Program-made: the position numbers and the translations under genes
In this document: positions 13,885 through 27,598 of the stretch, one piece after another
How the letters are laid out: the number at the start of each line of letters is the position of its first letter
Position numbering within the stretch: the first letter of the stretch is position 1
From: the human T2T-CHM13v2.0 reference genome, Homo sapiens
DNA: 64,000 nt
Assembly (NCBI RefSeq): GCF_009914755.1
Contig: NC_060935.1
Strand: one strand, 5' to 3'
Notes under the pieces: generated by a model
Seen by the model: the letters and a program-made list of their open reading frames with translations, nothing else
What the model was told of the DNA's origin: nothing
The model's database searches: none

Positions 13885-14107
13885 ATTAGAAGATGTAAGC
13901 ATGGGCTCTTGGATCTGACTGCCTGGGTTCAAATTTTGACCCTGGCATTTATAAAAAACATGACCTTGGGTAAGTCACTAAAATGCTCTTTGCCTTAGTC
14001 TTTTCACTTGAAAAATATTTTTTTTTCTCATAGAGTTATTGTGAAAATTTAGTGAGATAACATATGTGCAAGGCTTGGCACATACTTAGCACTGCATAAT
14101 TATTAGG
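13885..14107 (+). mobile_element. MIR SINE
   Basis: GACTGCCTGGGTTCAAAT, TGACCTTGGGTAAGTCACT, CTCATAGAGTTATTGTGA, TGGCACATA. Confidence 0.85.
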
Positions 14108-14483
14108 TCCTAGTGTTTTTACAGTCTGACCTACAAAACTTTCAAATTTAGAGGGGGAAATAAGACAGAGACTGGAATAGTCTAAACTTTTGAAAAGGCT
14201 AAAACATATCACAAATGTCCTAAATTATGCCTATATCGTGTCCTTCTGCGAGCCTCCACTCCATTTATTAATAGTTTGCAAAAACCTTCAGTAGATCTCC
14301 CTGCATTGACAAGTGAGTTTTCTTTTCTTAGTGGAGTTCTTCAGACAATGCAATCTGACCTATCTTGTGCCTTAAAAAATATTCAGGTACAGTAATATAA
14401 CTGCCTAGTTTCCTTGTTTTTCTTTCTTCTTATTTTTTGCCTTTTCAGGTAACAAGTGGGACCAAAATAAGAATCTTGCCTTC

Positions 14484-14770
14484 TTTTTTTTTGAGACAGA
14501 GTCTTGCTCTGTCACCAGTCTGGAGTGCAGTTGAGCAATCTCAGCTCACTTCAACCTCTGCCTCCCGGGTTCAAGCAATTCTTCTGCCTCAGCCTCCCAA
14601 GTAGCAGGACTACAGGTGCACGCCACCATGCCCAGCTAATTTTTGTATTTTTAGTAGAGATAGGGTTTCACCATGTTGGCCAGGCTGGTCTCTATCTCTT
14701 CACCTCATGATCCACCTGCCTTGGCCTCCCAAAGTGCTGGGATTACAGGCGTGAGCCACTGCGCCTGGCC
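14484..14770 (-). mobile_element. AluSc-like
   Basis: GTCACCAG (1-nt deletion) and ATCTCTT.ACCTC.TGATCC diagnostics; perfect 13-bp TSD GAATCTTGCCTTC (14471-14483 / 14771-14783). Confidence 0.95.
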
Positions 14771-15375
14771 GAATCTTGCCTTCAATGGAAAGCCTAGTCT
14801 TCTAGATTTATAAGCCTTAAAATGTTAGGGGAGGGGGGAAAAAAAACCTCCAAACAAAACCCCAATAAAAGCTTAAATAAGGGCCTACGTGAATGAATTT
14901 GTCATCAGATGTGTTTGGGTTGCTTGCCACCCTATTTAACGGTGTGTTTGTTTTGTGCCTTTTCTGCCTGAGTTGGTGTAAATGTCTTTTCTCCACGGTT
15001 TCCTTCCTGTGATGACATAGATGGGTTGGATTCGAGAGTCCTCAGCTTACCGCTCTTCCACTTGAAAGGAAGAGGGTCATGAGAGGAGAGGATTTCTGGA
15101 GTGGAATTTCAATCTCTGGTCATCAGGAAAGGGAAAACATTCTGCCCAGGATTTCCTGTCATTTATTCTGGAGAGCTTTGTGTTGTGCTCTGTGCAGGAT
15201 CCGAGATATGATTAACTCAACTCTGGAGTCTGTTGGCAGAACCAAGCAGCTCTGGCATCAGAAGAGAGATGTCCTTAGGCCTAACCTGCCCTCCCTGGGG
15301 TCTTGTTACCTGCTCAAAAAGAACCCAGTGGCCTTTGAATGCATTTTAAATCTGTGATTGGTGCAGTTTGATGGT

Positions 15376-15487
15376 CCTTCCTTCCCTCCTTCCCTCCCTC
15401 CCTCCCTCATTCCTTCCTTCCTTCCTTCCTTCCTTCCTTCCTTCCTTCCTTCCTTTCTTCCTTCCTTCCTTTCTTCCTTTCTTCTTC
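15376..15487 (+). repeat. (CCTT)n/(CCCT)n polypyrimidine microsatellite
   Basis: Directly visible. Confidence 0.95.
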
Positions 15488-17813
15488 AGTTTAACTCAGC
15501 TTTCAATAAGCTTAATGGGATGAAGTCCAAGCGATGAAAAGAGAGGTGATAAGAGCACAAAGGGGAAGCTTATACCCGAGCATGGGTGAGTACAGGAGAT
15601 GGGTTGTTCTGATTATTCTTGCTCCTGTTTTGCCTTGGCCACCAGTTGGCCAGGTCGGGGACAGTATGGTTTATGGACTGCTGTCACTTGACTCTTCCTT
15701 CTCAGTTGCCTTTTACCTTGGATGAATTTTCAACGTTCTCTTCCCACTTTCAATCATAAGGAGTTGTTGAATAGATTCATGTTTTCTTTCATTCTTCCTT
15801 CCTTTTGTCTTTTTTAACTATAGGAGATGGGCACACTGTTCAACACACAGATAATTTAGAAGAATGTTTCAGTGTCAGTTCTTCCTCTCCACCCTCTTTC
15901 ACCCCAGTTCAGTCATAACTGAAATCACAAATGAATGGATCCAATTAATAGTAAAAATAAAATGTCCAGGATGCTCTCTGGAGTTCTGAGATCCATAGGT
16001 CACGGACAGACTCAAGAATACAAAGTCTTCTTCAGGCCTCTGTTTCTAATTTGCAGAAGAAAACAAGAGGGTGAGTAGTATTTTGCTTTGAAAAGCATCT
16101 CAGCGAAAGTGCTACATGATAACACAGCCCTCATTTCCATAATTCTGCTCCCTCCGGAGCACAGGTACATTTAATTTCTCACAACTGTTCCCTAAATGAA
16201 GAGCAGCATGAGGAATACACAGAGAATGAAAAATATCGGTGTGTGTGGGTAGTACATGACCACTAATCTTTCCTGACATTTACTTTCACTCATGAGCACA
16301 GGGGTGACCAGCCCCACCAGTCCTAGATGCTGAAGATAAATGTCAGCACCATCCATTGGAAGCTTTCTATGCATACATGCATATTGGAAATCAAATATAT
16401 TTGGCTTATCACACACTGAGGAACCCATCCCTTCAGAAATGCATGGATTGATCTCTGCTACCCCACTCACCAGTGCCATTTGGTAAAGTTGGGGAATGGT
16501 AAGATAGTTCGCTGCATTTTTAATGGAAGGAAAACAAAAAGCGACTACGCGTAACAGTTTTTACATTATATGCCTTCAGTGCTGTGTGCTGTCACCCCAC
16601 GTGTTGTACTGCCAAATTTCCCAAGAGCGTCTGCTCTTCCTATTGTGAAAACAATGAGCTGGTGTATGTCATGCAAGGCTATTCTGCCCATGCCAAATAG
16701 CTCTGTATGTTTTAACTGTCTTCACACTGGGCTCCACCAATCACTCAGGCGCATACCTCTTCCTCAGCCCTAGGCAATAGAAGTTACAGCATTCATGAGC
16801 AATTGCTTTCCTCACATAAAGGAAAAAAAGGATTTTGGTCTTAAGGTCTTGCCAGCTCATTGACTAATTTACTCCTAATCCTGAATGTATAAAGCCACTT
16901 GAACATTTCATTTGTGTGACATGGTTAAAGGCTTACGTAAATATAGCTGGTAAGGGCTAGGATTGTAGATTAAAGTCAGAAAGAGGTGATTTTGTTCTTT
17001 TTGACTAGATACTGTAAATTCTGATGTCCAATTAAGATCTGAAGGAGAAACCTTTGTAACCCAATGCAATGTGAGTTTCTCGAAGAAAAGGAAAAAAAAG
17101 GGAAACAAGTCTCCATTCTCAGGGACCCATTAACAGCTCAGTACAATGACTCTTTATGTGGCCTTTGATATGCAAAAACAGCCCAAAATAATTTATGGAG
17201 AAAATCAATTATGAGCTGAAGAGAAAAAGAAAGTTGCCCAGATTAATTACCAAGTCAGGAAGGATGGCAGTGCAAGCACCTGGAGTTATGTCCAAGGGGG
17301 ACGCCCTTCTGCAAAAATTCTTCATGGTCAGAAGAAGGCTCTGTGGTCAGGAGAGAAGGGAGCCACATGAAGTCAGATGAGCTGAGCTGTACCTTCTGGA
17401 ATGCTGAGAATGAGAGCGCATATCATCTATTCAGTGAGATAAAAAGGCTGCTTCAAAACTAAAGGTATATTTCATACCCTCGAGTGTGAAGTGCAAATTG
17501 ACAATGGATGGAACAATAGCATTGGCTAGAAAGCCTGGAATAAAACCATCACAAATTGAATTTAGAGAACTTATGAAAGCTAATTTTATGCATGTTTTAT
17601 TTTATTACATATTTTTCTTTAAAACAGTAATAGACTCAGGGATGTTGGCAATGGAGGGGATTTTAGAACACCTAGTCTGGTGGATTTCAAATTATTCGGG
17701 TCAGAGCACCTATTCTTTTGAACAAATCTTACTCATTATTAAGAAATTAAAGCAAACAAAGTCAGAAGAAAAAAAACAGTAGACCTGCTCTGGCTAAGGG
17801 GCTGATGAGGTTG

Positions 17814-17939
17814 GAGTCTCTTCCCTATTTCCTATGACTGTTCCCGAGGCTCCTGCAGCAGTAACCTAAGGCTCTAGAGTCTCTTCCCTATTGCCTATGA
17901 CTGTTCCCGAGGCTCCCGCAGCAGTAACCTAAGGCTCTA
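17814..17939 (+). repeat. 63-bp tandem duplication (2 copies)
   Basis: 17814-17876 vs 17877-17939, 2 mismatches. Confidence 0.97.
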
Positions 17940-17957
17940 TGGAACACTATCAGAACT

Positions 17958-18252
17958 CAGTGATTCCTAATATTAGTTCCCACACTAGAACCATGCATCC
18001 TCTACCAAAATACGTTTCCTTAGTTTAATAAGTTTGTTAAATATTGCTTGCACAACCCAGAGTTTGGAGAATTACATTAGCACATTGAAGGCTGTGAGAG
18101 TAAAACTTCAGATTTGAAATGCGTTAACCTATGTTTAACCTGGTTTTTCACCTGCATACTTGAATGTACCTGACCGGGAAACCCTTTTATCAGAAACACG
18201 TATTAACATTCTGTGGCAGATAAGTCCCCTAGGATGCAGTTTAGAAAACAAA
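17958..18252. mobile_element. hAT-Charlie non-autonomous DNA transposon (MER103C-like)
   Basis: CAGTGATTCCTAA terminus; AATAAGTTTG, CATTAGCACATTGAAGGCTGTGAGA, GTTTAACC, ACCCTTTT, TATTAACAT, CAGTTTAGAAAAC. Confidence 0.6.
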
Positions 18253-19926
18253 ACTCTTGTCTGGGTTCCAGTCTAACTCCCTTGTTTTTTAAGTGAGGGT
18301 ACAGAGCCTCCGAGAGCATGTAAATCGCTCGCTCTTGGGTACATACTTGGAAGCAAAGTTAGGAACCAGACATAGGATTCTTGAATCCATGAAGCTAAGG
18401 GGATTTTCAAACATATTTTCTTTAATATTTCCACATGTCTGTGGGCAGGGAGCAGTCATGTTCTATTCTTTTGATGCTATACACTGAAACACAGAAAGTC
18501 AAGGTTACCCAGTCAAACTCTAGTATAATCCTTCCTTCAGTGCCCTGGTCGGCTTGCTTGGTGCTAAAAGAAAAAAATCAATCCATCTCCCTGCTGAGTG
18601 GAAGAGGATAAAGCTGTCCAATTTTTAGATCTTAGATATTTAAACTAAAGAAGTGTGTGATAGCATTATTAACAATTGGCGTAGTAATTTCTTGAGGTTT
18701 AGATAAACTAGTTTACATTCGCAACATTTAGTGATGATTTAAGATGCTTTGCTATGTTGGCATTCAAAAATTGGGCAAACCTCTGGCCAAAGTGAAGTAC
18801 AGCCCATGTGAGCTATGGAAATGCAATTAAAAGGAGTCACAGAGCCTTCTCAACTGCCTGGGCTTAATTAAGATATGATCTGCCAGTCTCTTAGTGGCCA
18901 TTAATTCATTGTCTGGTAATCCAATAAGGGGTTATTGTTTGAAGCTGTTTGAGAGCCACTTGCCTCACTATTAACTCAAAATTGCCCAAAAGGCGGTACT
19001 ACAATGTCATTCTCCCTGCCCCAAAGAGGACATGACATTGAAAGACATTTGACATCCACATTTGACAACACTTGAAATGGCAACATTATGGCTTAAGCAT
19101 TCACAAGTCTATGGATATGATAATGGAACTAGTGACATCTAATTACTAACTGGCAATTAATGATAATAGCCCTTTGTGAATATGTAGGGCCATTCTCTAT
19201 AGGGAGCTCCTTGCTCTTTGCACATATTAATTAATATAGATAGGCAGGTAGGTGATAGAAAGGTGGCTTTATAACATTATTGCTGCTGAGTAAACTGAGT
19301 CAGGTTCCAACTGCACCTTGTAGATGCACAACGATTCCTTGCTGTTTTGAAACTAAATGGATTACAATTTTAAGAGTAATTAAAGAGGAATGAGAACTGT
19401 AGGGAAGTGAAGGGAATGGATGTCAAAGGAAAATTCAAGGTATCACTAACTATTTGAATTCTTGATTTACTTCCACCCATGTTTCTGGAATAGGAATTGG
19501 TCATTTTTCCCGGATTGGTAGCCAGATATGAAACATTAAGTCGGCTTTCAGCAAAATGATGTCTGGTATATTCAGAATAAGGCCGATTTATTTTCTCCCC
19601 ACAGAGCCCCATTGATGCTGAATTTTTATTGCCCAATAGAATTCAACCTGGTTGTGATTATCCCATTGGTCCTGCTAGATAAAACCCATGTGTATTTGCC
19701 AAACACCCACTTGGAAATGGAAAATTTAATTAAAGACAGGAAACTGAATTTAATGATCTCTACTGATCTCTTAAATTCCCCAAATTATTTCATTATGGCT
19801 TACTTATTGAATTTTCTTAAGGAATTCTAAAATAAATGAACAATTACCTGAATTTTGCAGTGTTGTACATAGAAATAGAGTGAGTTTTCACCACACTTTC
19901 AAAAACAAGTGAGAGTCTACCCCACT

Positions 19927-20140
19927 AATTCATATATTCTTTCATTCATAAGCATTTATTGAGCACATACAGTGTGCCAATGCTGTGCTGAGCTCTGGGT
20001 GTACTGATAGAAAAAGCTTTGATGTGGCCCTTAAGATGCTCAGTGTGGTGATAGAAAGGAAGTTAAACAAATAAGTACAATCCGGAGTGACCAATTCTAC
20101 AACAGAAAGATGAGCAAGTTATGGGGAGTAATGAGGGCAA
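19927..20140 (-). mobile_element. L2 3' fragment
   Basis: TTCATTCATAAGCATTTATTGAGCACATACAGTGTGCCA. Confidence 0.8.
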
Positions 20141-21025
20141 AGAGGAATGAGAGTTAACTTTGTGAGTAGCCCCTGCCTGGCTGTGCGATAGGGGTTCAAA
20201 TCCGACTCTATGTTTATGGGAAGTACTTTGTTCCATCTGCCTATCCACCTGTCATTACTTCAAGTTGATTTAATAGTTCTGCAGTTGGGACCTGTGGGGT
20301 GTGTGTATGTGTGTTTATAATAAGTTTAAATGAGGTAATCCTTTTATAACCTCACTACTCCCTATTGGGATTTGTTTGTTTTGATGGAAGGGAGGGAGAT
20401 GAGATTTGGCACATAGCAGGTATCCAGCAAATGCAACTGCAGCCTGAAGAGTCAACGTGGACAAATCCCAAACAATGTGAGCCCTTTGGGAATGCTCCGC
20501 TTTGTGTTTCCTCTGAATTGCATGAGGCTACCAGATGAGGACAGGAGGAGAAAGAATTAAAGTGTCCTGACACCGTGTTCCAGGTTGTGTAGCTTTTAAG
20601 TGGGCACCCATTTTTCCACCTAAGAGCTCCAATGTGCCTCTGTTTGACCACATGGCTTTCCGGTTAGCTGTGTGACAGCTGGATGTCCCAGCATTTCTTT
20701 CTCTCCCTTTCCAATCACGAGCTGGAGCAGTCTTGATGAATCTCTGCAGGCACGTCGTCCTCAACTGAGGGATGATTCATTGGCATGAAGCTGTTAAGTG
20801 ATTAAAATAAAGCACTTTTATGGAAACGTTCTGCTTACTCTGTGTTCCCAGACACCTCTGTAGTGTGTCTGTGGCAAGAGAGGACTGTAGGGGACACACA
20901 TCGTCTTATCATTTTCTCTCTTGTTACAATATCCAATATTTCTGTGCTAGGGCAGAATTTGAAAATTGTAGTTCAATTCAGATAACCTTGCATGTGCTCT
21001 TGGGCCCTTGAAAGGAGAGAAAACA

Positions 21026-21379
<354 letters not shown>

Positions 21380-22549
21380 CTAAAAGGAAAAAAAAAGAAA
21401 CCGTGCAGTTTGAAATTATCTCCTAGGTTGCCCATCTGCCCAAGGGGAAAAGTCTATGAGAAACATACTGGGGTGGAGGGAGGGGGGACTTGGAGGCAGC
21501 AACACACTGTTCTCATGGGAAGGGAGGCTCCTTTTTGTTTGTTTTGTGCACAGGAACTTGCCCTGATTGGAGTAGAGTTTGCAACCCTCCCCAGTGTGGG
21601 GTTTCTTTGTTACGAAGATCAAGAGAAGGCATAGGGAATGCAAGAATGTAAAGAGAAAGAAGGGGCAAGAACAAGGATGAAAGGAGCTGGAGAAGGGAAA
21701 GGGACAGCGATGGCAGGAATGGAGAGACACGAGAGGTGGGATGAGGAAACAAGGAGGGTCATGGAACAGACACAGCTGCTCCTGAAAGTTCAGGAGCAGC
21801 TGGGAGAGGGGCTTCTGGCTTCTTCCAGCCAGGGTGCTCCCCTATGGAAAGCAGAGTTTCTGGGTCTGTCCCGTGTATGTGCCCTTTAAAGCAAGTGTCA
21901 CTGGAGACACATAAAATGAAAGGGGGGGCAGGGTGGAATAAAGGGAAAAATTATTGTAATTCTTAAACAGACAACTTTAAAAAGCAGTGATTTAGGTTGT
22001 TTTATTCATTACACGTCATAAAGGACTCAGGCTGTGGTGCCCACTGGCTTTAAAATCTAGGACCCTATTAAAACCTTTCCTTGTTAGTAACTCAGAGCTT
22101 TGGAAATTTGATAAGAAAAAAAGCCAATTTAATCAAGGCAAGATTTAACACAAAGAAAGGACCTGGTCTTGCCTTTCTGCAGAAAAACTTTCAGGATCAA
22201 ATGGCTTATGATTTTCATTTACCTAAAGAATCCCAGTGGAATCAGCAGTTGGGGAGAGGAGGGGTCATTTCATTAGCTTGCAGGGCATGCCCAGATTCAG
22301 TTTCTTCACACACTACTGGCTGCTTCCTTAGCTACTCAAAGGAAAATGATTTTTTTTTTTTTTTAGTCATACTACATGGAAGAACACCCATTGTCTAAAG
22401 AAGAGGCAAAAGCAAATCTGCCTAATATCTGAAAGTAGGAAAAGATTGGTTGGTTTATCTTGACCTCAGTAGATCCCATTTTCAATAACCTGTATTGTAC
22501 CTTCAATCCTCAAATGATAATGTGGCATTTGTGGCATCACAAAAAGAGA

Positions 22550-22973
<424 letters not shown>

Positions 22974-22979
22974 TAATAT

Positions 22980-23391
22980 TGTATCTTCTATTATATAAAT
23001 AAAATTCTCTGAGTTGACTCAATATAAATTTATGACTTGCTCACTCAACAATCTACAATGAATGTTTCTGATTGTTGTTGAGGAGAGAGGCTCTGCTCCA
23101 TGTAGTCACTCAGGGATCCAGGCTAACCAAGGCTCTGCCATCTTGAACACATGACGTCCAAAGTTCCCTGAGCATTAGCTTCCAGCCAAAGGAAGAGGAC
23201 AGAATATAGAAGAATACATAAGGGAGATTGTTAAATGTCATATGGTATATATCACTTTTTCACATTCTTTTGGCTAGAATGAAATTACTTGATCTACCTG
23301 CCTGTAGAGCCAAAGAAAAGGAATGTAACCTAATTAATGCCAAGAAAAAATAGACACAGATTTTGGTGTACAGGTAGCAATCATAGCTACA
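22980..23391 (-). mobile_element. MLT1K-like MaLR LTR (3' LTR of the provirus)
   Basis: GGCTCTGCTCCATGTAGTCACTCAGGGATCCAGGCT, GGCTCTGCCATCTT, CACATTCTTTTGGCTAGAA, TTTTGGTG...CTACA. Confidence 0.8.
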
Positions 23392-24692
23392 GTAGGCATT
23401 TAAGTAAATATCCATTTGTACCCTTCTTCACATACTCAGAATACACAGCCCCAAGGTAGACTACTCAAAATCCAATTCAATTACTGCATTCAGCTCAAAG
23501 TCCGAGTTCACCTGGTGGTATTTACTCCTTTTTCTTCATGATCAGCCATGGCTGTTTATGGATCACTGACGTATAACTGAAAAGATTGCCACCCCTTATT
23601 CCAAAGTCCTTTTAAATGGGGTAGCAAGATGGGATTATCACAGTAAAACACCTTATTTGGAAAATGGAAGCATTGAAGATACACAGCAGTTACTGGTTCA
23701 TGGGTGATATTTTTGCCCCGGCAGTGGAGAAGCTTCTTATCTATACTCTGATTCTGTTCTCCAGGAGGAGATTTCTTACCTATTGTTAGTGGTGGCTCCC
23801 TGGCGTCACACACTGGATAGTTCTTCTTTGTTCAGCATCCTCCATGGCCACATCTGAAGTGGTCATTGTGGAGTACGCCCTACTTGGGGGCTGAATGAAT
23901 TATCTAGCCCATTTGCTGTGAGTGCATGTTGGGGTGTTTGGCAGTTGGTTTACAGTTCCAGGCTCTTTTAAAGGAAAATCATAGTTTTTCAGCTACACAA
24001 AAACTGTCAAAAGTATCATAAGCTTCTTCCCTATTTATTTTCAGGCAGATCCATTTGCCACATGAAAAAAAATAAAAAATATAAATAGATATAACTCATA
24101 GACCTACATTATTGCTTTCTTTTTGTGTTACTGTGCCCTTTTTCTTCTCTTAATGTGGATACATTGGGATACTCTGAAAGAAAGGGCGTGGAAAGGAAGG
24201 TAAAAACCTTGATTTGATAATTGCCACGAAGGTGAGGCCTTTCGTCAAATCGGTAAGTAATATTGAGCCTTTGCTGCTTAGAACCATTTTTTTTAATCTT
24301 CTTCCTGACATTTGAGATCCAGACTGAGTTGGTGTTCTCAAACATTTCTGAAATCAGTCTCTCATTCCCTCCCCCTTCATTTGCTTGAAAATAGGAGCAT
24401 CTCTTCTGAGCTCATCTCTTGTGATCATCGGTGTAAACAAAGAGGAGTAATCAATCCCAGAAACGCTTTGGCTCTTTCTATCCATTTCTTCTAGAGCCGC
24501 AGGTTCAGTAGGCACTTGGTTTGTCATAGAAGTTATCACAAGGGACAGTTTTACCAAACATTTTGCTATTTCACAACAAGGGTCTACAGACTTCTATCTC
24601 ATTCTGTTTTCTTGACACCCATTGCCCAAGTGCAATCTGTGAACACATTTTTGATTTAATCATGCCAGAATCCTACTCTTGGTACCACTTTC
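23392..24692 (-). mobile_element. MLT1 (MaLR) internal region with a tRNA-Leu-type PBS at 24670-24687
   Basis: Lies between two homologous MLT1 LTRs; minus strand GAAAGTGGTACCAAGAGTAGGAT vs Leu PBS TGGTACCAGGAGTGGGGT (15/18); TTACTGCATTCAGCTCAAAGTCC is typical of the MLT-int 3' end. Confidence 0.75.
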
Positions 24693-25129
24693 AAAATTAA
24701 CTAGGGGCACATTAGTTGTTATAACAAATAAACCTGCAAGTCTCTGTGGAGTAACAACAGCTCTCCATCCTTTGCCCATGCAACAGTGCAACACCGTGCT
24801 ACTGGCAACCACGGGTGTCAGGCTTGGCCTCAGGCGGCATCCGGGAATGGTGCATCAGGAGGGGTTGCCTACCCTCAGTTTGTGACTTCCAAGATCACCA
24901 CGAGTCTTGACATCTTCCTGGGGTAAGGGGAGAGCACGCGGCGTCATAGGAAAAAGTTACGAAGGGCCCGGGATTAGGCAGTTGTGCATGTTACTCCTAC
25001 GCTCATTCCACTGGGTAGAATTCAGTCACAGTGTCACGTAATTGTAAGAGGTGGGAAAATGGCATCGAGTAGGGTGCCCAAGAAGAAGAGAAAACAAGTT
25101 TTGGTGAGCAGCAACCAATCTCTCTTACA
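24693..25129 (-). mobile_element. MLT1K-like MaLR LTR (5' LTR of the provirus)
   Basis: TAACAAATAAACC...TCTCTGTGG, CATTCCACTGGGTAGAATTCAGTCACA, GTGCCCAAGAAGAAGAGAAAACAAGTTTTGGTGAGCAGC...TTACA. Confidence 0.78.
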
Positions 25130-25232
25130 ATATCCACCACATATAACTGTTGTGAGGACTGAATTAGGCCTGTAAAGAGTCTGTCATCAGGACACAGCAC
25201 ATAGTGAGTGTTCCACGAGTGTTTGCTCTGTT
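25130..25232 (+). mobile_element. MIR 3' part
   Basis: TGTTGTGAGGACTGAAT...TGTAAAG...GCACATAGTGAGTG. Confidence 0.65.
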
Positions 25233-25871
25233 CACCTCCCTCCGCCCTCTAGGCAGCCCCGAAGTACCCAATAAGCACTTAATAAACACAGAATAAATGA
25301 ATCAGTATTCATAGTTATTTCCCCTCTGAATTGGAGAGCTTTGAAATCTGACCCTGTTTTGGATTGAACTATGCTGGATCTCTTTGGATCTGATTTTTCT
25401 TTGAATTAGAAACATCTCTTAGGAAACCTAGACTATCTTTCAAAGAACCCCATCTGGCCTATTGGAAACAGTTTCAAAGTTGAAACATCAACCATGACAG
25501 GTCCTTTGGCCGCTAAAGATGCAGCCCCTAGGGATATGTCTCTGCTGGCTGTTCACATGAAATAGCATAGCAGAGATTGGATGAGAGTCATCTGCTGTTC
25601 TGGATTTTGCATCCTCTTTAAACACATCTGCCTTTAAACATCCTTTGCACAAAAGCTTAATTTTCCCTTCCCTAGGTTTTAAATCACTTTGCAGACTACA
25701 GAAAAAGATTACAGAAGGCCTGTTTTTGTTCCATTCCTTTTCTATACTTGACTATCACGTTTGCTTCTTCTACCTGACATTCATTTTATTGTTTCAGTTA
25801 ATTAAACATGTATCATGTCATGAAATATGTGGGTCACATTTATACACAACTCACCAGAGTTAAACTTGCTG

Positions 25872-26123
25872 TAACCATCCTATCTAAAATTGCAGCCCCT
25901 TCTGTCCAGAACTTTCTATCTTATACTCCTATTTTAACATTTTCCTTAACACTTTAGCTGCTGGCATGTGACTTATTTATTTGGTTTGTATTTGCCTTCC
26001 TTATTAGGAATATAACCTCCATGAGGGCCAGAGATTTTTACAGTTTTCATTTAGGGCTCTATTGCCACTGCCTAGAAGAGTGCCTGACTATAAAGGGGGT
26101 TCAATAAGTATTCATTGAATGAA
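25872..26123 (+). mobile_element. L2a 3' end
   Basis: CTATCTAAAATTGCA, CCTCCATGAGGGC, GCCTAGAAGAGTGCCTGAC, TCAATAAGTATTCATTGAATGAA. Confidence 0.85.
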
Positions 26124-26309
26124 AAAAATGATCCTTATTCCTTAGTCTTAAATAACTTAATTCTTATGGGGGAAATCTGACACATTCCAACATAATTATA
26201 ATTCCAACACAACTCCAACATAATTATTAGGCAAAGAAGATTATATTGGTTAATTTATGATGTGTCAGTGTTAACCAAGAGATGAAAGGGGAAAGAAGGG
26301 AGAAATGGT

Positions 26310-26520
26310 TGTTGTTGAGGATCTTTTATTCCAAGCAAATTTTGCTTACATTATTTCATTTATTTTAACCAGTGTGGTAGTTCTAAAAACAGGTGGTAAA
26401 TGTCCCATATTACTAATGAGGAAACTGATGCACTAAAAGGCAGTTATTTGTCTAAAGTTGTATAACTAGCAAGTGGTGGAAACAGTATTCATCAGGTCTG
26501 TCTGGCTTTAGTACCTGTGC
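26310..26520 (-). mobile_element. MIR SINE
   Basis: CCCATATTACTAATGAGGAAACTGA, CTAGCAAGTGGTGGA, CAGGTCTGTCTGGCT. Confidence 0.75.
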
Positions 26521-26675
26521 CAATTATTTGCAAAGTTGTTCATACTAATCCTTAGAAATAAGCATATTTTAACTGGAACACACTCCAGACAAGTACACAC
26601 ATGCACACTCCCACACAGACTGGAATTATTTAAGATTTAGCTATTTGCAAAACATGTTATTCTGTCCTATTCCTC

Positions 26676-26730
26676 CTATTCTATTCTATTCTATTCTATT
26701 CTATTCTATTCTATTCTATTCTATTCTATT
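26676..26730 (+). repeat. (CTATT)n pentanucleotide microsatellite
   Basis: About 11 perfect units. Confidence 0.95.
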
Positions 26731-27242
26731 TTCATTCCAGCCCATCCCATCACTTTTATCTTTCAAAATTTGACCCATTAAGCTGTTTCTGCAGTAAACA
26801 AATGTATTGCAATACAGACTTCGAAGATCTTTGCTTTTAGGCACATTACCTGGTGAGGAAAAGAACTGAAGATTTAGACCACAAAGTGAGGACTAGAGAA
26901 TACTTTATTGTGGAGACAGTATTTGAGGTAGGCCTTGCAAAATGGATTGAGTATAAAGAAAATCTTAATAAAACTTTCATCATTTCAAGCAATATTACTT
27001 CACTTAGGCTTCTATCAAATAATCCAAATGCTCTGTATTTTATGATGAGGCTGAAAAAAAGTCCAAACACTCAAATGTGTGGCTTTCTTCATTTGAACAG
27101 TCAGCCACTCAGTCAAAGATTAGCAATCATTTGCTTAGGAAGTAAATATTGAGCATGTGCTATATGCCAGCCAGTGGGCTAAATGCTGGAAACGCAGAGA
27201 TGACTCATGCACACTGTCTACCTGTAAGGAACATATGTTTGT

Positions 27243-27598
27243 TGCCTTAGTCCAATCTGGTTGCTGTAACAAAATACCAGGCTGGGTGGCTGATAAACAA
27301 CAAACATTTATTCCTCACAGTCTGGAGGCTGGGAAGTCCAATATCAAGGCACCATCCGATTTGGTGTCTGTTGAGAGTCCATTTCCTCAGATGGTGCCTT
27401 CTTGCTGTGTCCTCACATAGTGGAAGGGGCAAGCAAGCTTGCTAGGAGCTCTTTTATAAGGACACTAATTCCACTTATGGGGGTTCCACACTCATTACTT
27501 AATAATTCCCCAAAAGCCCTGCTTCCAGATACCAGTACCTTGGTCATTAAGTTTCAACATAGAACTTTTGGGAGACAAAAACCATTCAGACTGTAGCA
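27243..27598 (-). mobile_element. MLT1A-family MaLR solo LTR
   Basis: TGCTGTAACAAAATACCA, TCTGGAGGCTGGGAAGTCCAATATCAAGGCACC, CTTTTATAAGGACACTAAT, CATTCAGACTGTAGCA. Confidence 0.9.
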
